From positions 128,885-192,884 of the forward strand of contig NEEC01000042.1 of NCBI GenBank assembly GCA_002189035.1: 64,000 nucleotides of DNA, given 5' to 3'. This document shows positions 1-9,203 of the stretch, in pieces. Origin of the DNA: Utricularia gibba (lineage: Eukaryota > Plantae > Magnoliophyta). Under the pieces are notes generated by a model. It was not told where the DNA came from and searched no databases. It worked only from the letters and a program-made list of their open reading frames with translations. Position numbers and translations under genes: made by a program. Numbering within the stretch: the first letter of the stretch is position 1; each line of letters opens with the position of its first letter.

Positions 1-504
1 GCTCGAATCTTGCAGGTAGGCTCATGATTGCCTTGCTAATCACCTTTTGATCCTCAAGTTTTTCCCCCAATCCTCGAATCTCCTTCACAAGCTTCGCAGT
101 ACGTTCATAATAGACTTGTATGGTTTCATTGTCTAACATTTTGTTCCTCTCAAAGTCCTCCAGCTTGTTTTTGCATAATATCTCTCTGAGTTTGGCATCG
201 CCTTCATAATGGGATTTGAGAGTATCCCATATTTCTTTGCTGATTGACACTCTGCAATATCATCAAATAGATGTTCAGAGATGGCTTGATACAAGGCATC
301 CATTGCTTCATCTTTTCTCTGTTGAAGATACTCAGCTTCCTCTTGCTGTTCTGATGTGGATTTGCTTGTTATTGTAATAGCCGGAATCTCCCTTTCAACA
401 ACATCCCAAATCTTTCTGACCCGAAGGTAGCTGCGCATCTTTTTGACCCAGCTTCCATACTCTGAACCATCAAATATTGGAGGTCCTCTACCAGATGCCA
501 TCAT
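1..504 (-). pseudogene. gag: Copia gag, copy 1, 1-bp frameshift (possibly a sequencing error), partial
   Basis: T-run at 236-238 has three Ts versus four in other copies; translation diverges after CQSAK. Confidence 0.7.
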
Positions 505-610
505 AGCCACCGCTTGACAAGCTTTGGGTTGATACTTGGTAATCTACCAAGTAAAAAACGCTGAACGGTATATAAAATACTGAAACGAACACAGGTTTGA
601 GAACCTTACT

Positions 611-622
611 GCTCTGATACCA
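611..622 (-). other. Primer-binding site complementary to plant initiator tRNA-Met, copy 1
   Basis: Minus strand TGGTATCAGAGC immediately after the LTR-terminal CA; the canonical plant iMet PBS. Confidence 0.93.
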
Positions 623-947
623 TGTTGTTGCAAGAAAAATAGAGTCTTGGGAAGTAACAAAAAGGTAATGCTTATGAGATCACCTTGGATGAAAAACGAC
701 TCATGAACAATAAGAATGACCGAAAACCTAATTGACACGCATTTCTAGTAGGGCTTATATATACCAAATACCTAGGTTACCCAACAGTGGGCCACAATCA
801 TTGAAAACACACAAAAAGCCCAACAACTCGAATCCAACACTTCCATGCTCGAACCCAACACCTTTTTTTATCTGAAATATGACATTATGACACAAGTTTA
901 GTTCTTCCAATCACCTTCAAGCTTTGGATTGAGGCTGATCTCCAACA
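623..947 (-). repeat. 5' LTR (325 bp), copy 1
   Basis: On the minus strand begins TGTTGGAG and ends GCAACAACA (TG...CA, 5-bp terminal inverted repeat TGTTG/CAACA), directly followed by the PBS. Confidence 0.9.
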
Positions 948-2624
948 CTTGGTCCGGGCCCCTGATTCTTTATGGCTCATGAGGACAAAAGGATGCAAAT
1001 CGATGAATACAATGATGCAATTGTTTAAATTACGATATCACGTGCACCCTACATGATTTTTTCAACAACTTACTTTATACTTGAGGAGGTGGTCTTGGGG
1101 GGCAAGAGGAACCGGACAAAGGTCAGCTTATGCTTGGGTCGAAAGAAAGTTGTAGCCTGACAAAGAAAGTGATCTATTTATTAACGTTCGGTTTTCGGGG
1201 CTACCTACATGGTTTTTCAAGGAACCGCTTCTCGTTTTGTGGCGGCCAGTCTCGCTGGGAACTTGGTCCTTTACCCCGATTCTGTATGGCTCATGAGGTC
1301 AACCGAATGCAAATCGATTAAAAAAAATGATGCATTTGTTTAAATTGCGATATGACGTGCACCCCACATGATTTTTTTCAACACTTACTTTATACTTGGG
1401 GAGGTGGTCTTGGGGTGCACCTGGAACGGGACAAAGGTAAGGTTTGGCTAGCGCCGAGAGTTAGTTGTAGCCCGACAAATAAAGTGATAAATTTGATATC
1501 GTTCGGTTTTCAGGGGCTACCTACATGGTTTTTCAAGGAACCGCTTCTCGTTTTGTGGCGGCCAGTCTCGCTGGGAACTTGGTCTTTGACCCCGATTCTG
1601 TATGGCTCATGAGGTCAACCGGATGCAAATCGATTAAAAAAAATGATGCATTTGTTTAAATTGCGGTATGACGTGCACCCCACATGATTTTTTTCAACAA
1701 CTTACTTTATACTTCAGGAGGCGGTCTTGGGGTGCACCTGGAACGGGACAAAGGTCAGCTTAGGCTTGGGCAGAAAGTAAGTTGTAGCCCGCCAAAGAAA
1801 GTGATGTATTTATTATCGTTTGGTTTTCGGGGTTGCCTACATGGTTTTTCAAGGAACATCTTCTCGTTTTGTGGCGGCCAGTCTCGCTGGGAGCTTTGTC
1901 CTGGACCCCGATTCTGTATGGCTCATGGGGTCAAAAGGATGCAAATCGATGAATAAATGATGCATTTGTTTCAATTACGATATCACGTGCACCCCACATG
2001 ATTTTTTCGACAACTTACTTTATACATGGGGAGGCGGTCTTGGGGGGTACCTGGAACCGGAAAATGGTCAGCTTAGGCTTGGGCCGATAGTAAGTTGTAG
2101 CCCGGCAAAGAAAGTGATGTATTTATTATCGTTCGGTTTTCGGGGGCTTCCTACATGGTTTTTCAAGGAACATCTTCTCGTTTTGTGGCAGCCAGTCTCG
2201 CTGGGAGCTTTGTCCTGGACCCCGATTCTGTATGGCTCATGGGGTCAAAAGGATGCAAATCGATGAATACAATGATGCATTTGTTTCAATTACGATATCA
2301 CGTGCACCCCACATGATTTTTTCGACAACTTACTTTATACATGGGGAGGCGGTCTTGGGGGTACCTGGAACCGGAAAATGGTCAGCTTAGGCTTGGGCCG
2401 ATAGTAAGTTGTAGCCCGGCAAGAAAGTGATGTATTTATTAACGTTCGGTTTTCGGGGTTGCCTACATGGTTTTTCAAGGAACATCTTCCCGTTTTGTGG
2501 TGGCTAGTCTCGCTGGGAACTTTGTCCTGGACCTCGATTCTTTATGTCTTATGAGGTCAACCGGATGCAAATCGATGAAAAAAATTGATGCATTTGTTTA
2601 AATTACGATATCACGTGCACCCTA

Positions 2625-5600
2625 CATGATTTTTTCAACAACTTACTTTATACTTGAGGAGGTGGTCTTGGGGGGCAAGAGGAACCAGACAACGGTCATA
2701 TTAGGCTTGGGCCGAAAGTAAGTTGTAGCCCGGCAAAGAAAGTGTTGTATTTATTAACGTTCGGTTTTCAGGGTTGCCTACATGGTTTTCCAAGGAAAAG
2801 CTTTTCGTTTTGTGGCGGCCGCTCTCGCAGGGCACTTGGTCCGGGCCCCTGATTCTTTATGGCTCATGAGGACAAAAGTATGCAAATCGATGAAAATAAT
2901 GATGCATTTGTTTAAATTACGATGTCGCGTGCACCCCAAATGATTTGTTTAACAACATACTTTATACATGAGGAGGCGGTCTTGGGGGGCACTTGGAACC
3001 GGAAAAAGATCAGCTTAGGCTTGGGACGAAAGTAAGTTGTAGCCCGGCAAAGAAAGTGATGTATTTATTATCGTTCGGTTTACGGGGGCTTCCTACATGG
3101 TTTTTCAAGGAACATCTTCTCGTTTTATGGCGGCCAGTCTCGCTGGGAACTTGGTCCTTGACCCTGGTTCTGTATGGCTAATGGGGTCAACCGGATGCAA
3201 ATCGATGAAAAAAAATGATGCATTTGTTTAAATTGCGATATCACATGCACCCACATGATTTTTTCAACAACTTACTTTATACTTGAGGAGGCGATCTTAG
3301 GGTGCACCTCGAACAGGACAAAGGTAAGGTTTGGCTTGCGCCAAGAGTTAGTTGTAGCCCGACAAAGAAAGTGATGTATTTATTATCGTTCGGTTTTTGG
3401 GGTTGCCTACATGGTTTTTCAAGGAACATCTTCTCGTTTTGTGGCAGCCAGTCTCGCTGGGAGCTTTGTCCTGGACCCCGATTCTGTATGGCTCATGGGG
3501 TCAAAAGGATGCAAATCGATGAATACAATGATGCATTTGTTTCAATTACGATATCACGTGCACCCCACATGATTTTTTCGACAACTTACTTTATACATGG
3601 GGAGGCGGTCTTGGGGGGTACCTGGAACCGGAAAATGGTCAGCTTAGGCTTGGGCCGATAGTAAGTTGTAGCCCGGCAAAGAAAGTGATGTATTTATTAA
3701 CGTTCGGTTTTCGGGGTTGCCTACATGGTTTTTCAAGGAACATCTTCCGTTTTGTGGTGGCTAGTCTCGCTGGGAACTTTGTCCTGGACCTCGATTCTTT
3801 ATGTCTTATGAGGTCAACCGGATGCAAATCGATGAAAAAAATTGATGCATTTGTTTAAATTACGATATCACGTGCACCCTACATGATTTTTTCAACAACT
3901 TACTTTATACTTGAGGAGGTGGTCTTGGGGGGCAAGAGGAACCAGACAACGGTCATATTAGGCTTGGGCCGAAAGTAAGTTGTAGCCCGGCAAAGAAAGT
4001 GATGTATTTATTAACGTTCGGTTTTCAGGGTTGCCTACATGGTTTTCCAAGGAAAAGCTTTCGTTTTGTGGCGGCCCTCTCGCAGGGCACTTGGTCCGGG
4101 CCCCTGATTCTTTATGGCTCATGAGGACAAAAGGATGCAAATCGATGAAAATAATGATGCATTTGTTTAAATTACGATGTCGCGTGCACCCCAAATGATT
4201 TTTTTAACAACATACTTTATACATGAGGAGGCGGTCTTGGGGGGCACTTGGAACCGGAAAAAGATCAGCTTAGGCTTGGGACGAAAGTAAGTTGTAGCCC
4301 GGCAAAGAAAGTGATGTATTTATTATCGTTCGGTTTACGGGGGCTTCCTACATGGTTTTTCAAGGAACATCTTCTCGTTTTATGGCGGCCAGTCTCGCTG
4401 GGAACTTGGTCCTTGACCCTGGTTCTGTATGGCTAATGGGGTCAACCGGATGCAAATCGATGAAAAAAAATGATGCATTTGTTTAAATTGCGATATCACA
4501 TGCACCCCACATGATTTTTTCAACAACTTACTTTATACTTGAGGAGGCGATCTTAGGGTGCACCTCGAACAGGACAAAGGTAAGGTTTGGCTTGCGCCAA
4601 GAGTTAGTTGTAGCCCGACAAAGAAAGTGATGTATTTATTATCGTTCGGTTTTTGGGGTTGCCTACATGGTTTTTCAAGGAACATCTTCTCGTTTTGTGG
4701 CAGCCAGTCTCGCTGGGAGCTTTGTCCTGGACCCCGATTCTGTATGGCTCATGGGGTCAAAAGGATGCAAATCGATGAATACAATGATGCATTTGTTTCA
4801 ATTACGATATCACGTGCACCCCACATGATTTTTTCGACAACTTACTTTATACATGGGGAGGCGGTCTTGGGGGGTACCTGGAACCGGAAAATGGTCAGCT
4901 TAGGCTTGGGCCGATAGTAAGTTGTAGCCCGGCAAGAAAGTGATGTATTTATTAACGTTCGGTTTTCGGGGTTGCCTACATGGTTTTTCAAGGAACATCT
5001 TCCCGTTTTGTGGTGGCTAGTCTCGCTGGGAACTTTGTCCTGGACCTCGATTCTTTATGTCTTATGAGGTCAACCGGATGCAAATCGATGAAAAAAATTG
5101 ATGCATTTGTTTAAATTACGATATCACGTGCACCCTACATGATTTTTTCAACAACTTACTTTATACTTGAGGAGGTGGTCTTGGGGGCAAGAGGAACCAG
5201 ACAACGGTCATATTAGGCTTGGGCCGAAAGTAAGTTGTAGCCCGGCAAAGAAAGTGTTGTATTTATTAACGTTCGGTTTTCAGGGTTGCCTACATGGTTT
5301 TCCAAGGAAAAGCTTTTCGTTTTGTGGCGGCCGCTCTCGCAGGGCACTTGGTCCGGGCCCCTGATTCTTTATGGCTCATGAGGACAAAAGGATGCAAATC
5401 GATGAAAATAATGATGCATTTGTTTAAATTACGATGTCGCGTGCACCCCAAATGATTTTTTTTAACAACATACTTTATACATGAGGAGGCGGTCTTGGGG
5501 GGCACTTGGAACCGGAAAAAGATCAGCTTAGGCTTGGGACGAAAGTAAGTTGTAGCCCGGCAAAGAAAGTGATGTATTTATTATCGTTCGGTTTACGGGG

Positions 5601-8600
5601 GCTTCCTACATGGTTTTTCAAGGAACATCTTCTCGTTTTATGGCGGCCAGTCTCGCTGGGAACTTGGTCCTTGACCCTGGTTCTGTATGGCTAATGGGGT
5701 CAACCGGATGCAAATCGATGAAAAAAAATGATGCATTTGTTTAAATTGCGATATCACATGCACCCACATGATTTTTTCAACAACTTACTTTATACTTGAG
5801 GAGGCGATCTTAGGGGCACCTCGAACAGGACAAAGGTAAGGTTTGGCTTGCGCCAAGAGTTAGTTGTAGCCCGACAAAGAAAGTGATGTATTTATTATCG
5901 TTCGGTTTTTGGGGTTGCCTACATGGTTTTTCAAGGAACATCTTCTCGTTTTGTGGCAGCCAGTCTCGCTGGGAGCTTTGTCCTGGACCCGATTCTGTAT
6001 GGCTCATGGGGTCAAAAGGATGCAAATCGATGAATACAATGATGCATTTGTTTCAATTACGATATCACATGCACCCCACATGATTTTTTCGACAACTTAC
6101 TTTATACATGGGGAGGCGGTCTTGGGGGTACCTGGAACCGGAAAATGGTCAGCTTAGGCTTGGGCCGATAGTAAGTTGTAGCCCGGCAAAGAAAGTGATG
6201 TATTTATTATCGTTCGGTTTACGGGGGCTTCCTACATGGTTTTTCAAGGAACATCTTCTCGTTTTGTGGCAGCCAGTCTCGCTGGGAGCTTTGTCCTGGA
6301 CCCCGATTCTGTATGGCTCATGGGGTCAAAAGGATGCAAATCGATGAATACAATGATGCATTTGTTTCAATTACGATATCACGTGCACCCCACATGATTT
6401 TTTCGACAACTTACTTTATACATGGGGAGGCGGTCTTGGGGGTACCTGGAACCGGAAAATGGTCAGCTTAGGCTTGGGCCGATAGTAAGTTGTAGCCCGG
6501 CAAGAAAGTGATGTATTTATTAACGTTCGGTTTTCGGGGTTGCCTACATGGTTTTTCAAGGAACATCTTCCGTTTTGTGGTGGCTAGTCTCGCTGGGAAC
6601 TTTGTCCTGGACCTCGATTCTTTATGTCTTATGAGGTCAACCGGATGCAAATCGATGAAAAAAAATTGATGCATTTGTTTAAATTACGATATCACGTGCA
6701 CCCTACATGATTTTTTCAACAACTTACTTTATACTTGAGGAGGTGGTCTTGGGGGGCAAGAGGAACCAGACAACGGTCATATTAGGCTTGGGCCGAAAGT
6801 AAGTTGTAGCCCGGCAAAGAAAGTGATGTATTTATTAACGTTCGGTTTTCAGGGTTGCCTACATGGTTTTCCAAGGAAAAGCTTTTCGTTTTGTGGCGGC
6901 CGCTCTCGCAGGGCACTTGGTCCGGGCCCCTGATTCTTTATGGCTCATGAGGACAAAAGGATGCAAATCGATGAAAATAATGATGCATTTGTTTAAATTA
7001 CGATGTCGCGTGCACCCCAAATGATTTTTTTAACAACATACTTTATACATGAGGAGGCGGTCTTGGGGGCACTTGGAACCGGAAAAAGATCAGCTTAGGC
7101 TTGGGCGAAAGTAAGTTGTAGCCCGGCAAAGAAAGTGATGTATTTATTATCGTTCGGTTTACGGGGGCTTCCTACATGGTTTTTCAAGGAACATCTTCTC
7201 GTTTTATGGCGGCCAGTCTCGCTGGGAACTTGGTCCTTGACCCTGGTTCTGTATGGCTAATGGGGTCAACCGGATGCAAATCGATGAAAAAAAATGATGC
7301 ATTTGTTTAAATTGCGATATCACGTGCACCCACATGATTTTTTAAACAACTTACTTTATACTTGAGGAGGCGATCTTAGGGTGCACCTCGAACAGGAAAA
7401 GGTAAGGTTTGGCTTGGCCAAGAGTTAGTTGTAGCCCGACAAAGAAAGTGATGTATTTATTATCGTTCGGTTTTTGGGGTTGCCTACATGGTTTTTCAAG
7501 GAACATCTTCCCGTTTTGTGGTGGCTAGTCTCGCTGGGAACTTTGTCCTGGACCCGATTCTTTATGTCTTATGAGGTCAACCGGATGCAAATCGATGAAA
7601 AAAATTGATGCATTTGTTTAAATTACGATATCACGTGCACCCTACATGATTTTTTCAACAACTTACTTTATACTTGAGGAGGTGGTCTTGGGGGCAAGAG
7701 GAACCAGACAACGGTCATATTAGGCTTGGGCCGAAAGTAAGTTGTAGCCCGGCAAAGAAAGTGATGTATTTATTAACGTTCGGTTTTCAGGGTTGCCTAC
7801 ATGGTTTTCCAAGGAAAAGCTTTTCGTTTTGTGGCGGCCGCTCTCGCAGGGCACTTGGTCCGTGCCCCTGATTCTTTATGGCTCATGAGGACAAAAGGAT
7901 GCAAATCGATGAAAATAATGATGCATTTGTTTAAATTACGATGTCGCGTGCACCCCAAATGATTTTTTTAACAACATACTTTATACATGAGGAGGCGGTC
8001 TTGGGGGGCACTTGGAACCGGAAAAGGATCAGCTTAGGCTTGGGCCGAAAGTAAGTTGTAGCCCGGCAAAGAAGTGATGTATTTATTATCGTTCGGTTTA
8101 CGGGGGCTTCCTACATGGTTTTTCAAGGAACATCTTCTCGTTTTGTGGCGGCCAGTCTCGCTGGGAACTTGGTCCTTGACCCTGGTTCTGTATGGCTAAT
8201 GGGGTCAACCGGATGCAAATCGATGAAAAAAAATGATGCATTTGTTTAAATTGCGATATCACGTGCACCCCACATGATTTTTTCAACAACTTACTTTATA
8301 CTTGAGGAGGCGATCTTGGGTGCACCTCGAACAGGACAAAGGTAAGGTTTGGCTTGCGCCAAGAGTTAGTTGTAGCCCGACAAAGAAAGTGATGTATTTA
8401 TTATCGTTCGTTTTTGGGGTTGCCTACATGGTTTTTCAAGGAACATCTTCTCGTTTTGTGGCAGCCAGTCTCGCTGGGAGCTTTGTCCTGGACCCCGATT
8501 CTGTATGGCTCATGGGGTCAAAAGGATGCAAATCGATGAATACAATGATGCATTTGTTTCAATTACTATCACGTGCACCCACATGATTTTTTCGACAACT

Positions 8601-9203
8601 TACTTTATACATGGGGAGGCGGTCTTGGGGGGTACCTGGAACCGGAAAATGGTCAGCTTAGGCTTGGGCGATAGTAAGTTGTAGCCCGGCAAAGAAAGTG
8701 ATGTATTTATTAACGTTCGGTTTTCGGGGTTGCCTACATGGTTTTCCAAGGAACTTTTCGTTTTGTGGTGGCTAGTCTCGCTGGGAACTTTGTCCTGGAC
8801 CTCGATTCTTATGTCTTATGAGGTCAACCGGATGCAAATCGATGAAAAAAATTGATGCATTTGTTTAAATTACGATATCACGTGCACCCTACATGATTTT
8901 TTCAACAACTTACTTTATACTTGAGGAGGTGGTCTTGGGGGCAAGAGGAACCAGACAACGGTCATATTAGGCTTGGGCCGAAAGTAAGTTAGCCCGGCAA
9001 AGAAAGTGATGTATTTATTAACGTTCGGTTTTCAGGGTTGCCTACATGGTTTTCCAAGGAAAAGCTTTTCGTTTTGTGGCGGCCGTCTCGCAGGGCACTT
9101 GGTCCGGGCCCCTGATTCTTTATGGCTCATGAGGACAAAAGGATGCAAATCGATGAAAATAATGATGCATTTGTTTAAATTACGATGTCGCGTGCACCCC
9201 AAA
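2625..9203. repeat. 4-monomer higher-order repeat (A-B-C-D), ~1256 bp period
   Basis: A-type landmark AACCAGAC at 2683, 3940, 5195, 6764, 7702, 8949 (spacings 1257, 1255, 1569, 938, 1247); identical spurious ORFs at 2993/4248/5506. Confidence 0.88.

Larger units (their letters stand above)
1..947 (-). mobile_element. Truncated Ty1/copia retrotransposon fragment, copy 1 (5' LTR + PBS + partial gag; runs off window start)
   Basis: LTR 623..947, PBS 611..622, copia-type gag to position 1; near-identical to later copies. Confidence 0.93.

Noticed and set aside
544-738. 64-aa ORF MSIRFSVILIV... repeated in each copy
   Set aside because: Overlaps LTR, PBS and leader; starts at GTG in some copies; conserved only because the DNA is duplicated.
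827-856. Heat-shock element in the LTR (GAA...TTC...GAA)
   Set aside because: Spacing (0, 11, 21) does not fit the 5-bp alternating nGAAn register.
623-947. Satellite derived from the LTR (325 bp vs 314 bp)
   Set aside because: I see no sequence similarity between LTR and monomer; the similar length appears coincidental.
1939-1946. Octamer motif ATGCAAAT in each monomer
   Set aside because: This is the animal POU-factor site; there is no reason to expect function in a plant satellite.
2026-2055. G-quadruplex from GGGGAGGCGGTCTTGGGGGG
   Set aside because: Only two runs of three or more Gs; at best a weak two-tier structure, and G-run lengths are unreliable in this assembly.
2085-2150. CENP-B box-like TTCG...CGGG (GTTCGGTTTTCGGG)
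   Set aside because: Spacing is 5 nt rather than the required 7, the central A is absent, and a CENP-B box system is not established in plants.
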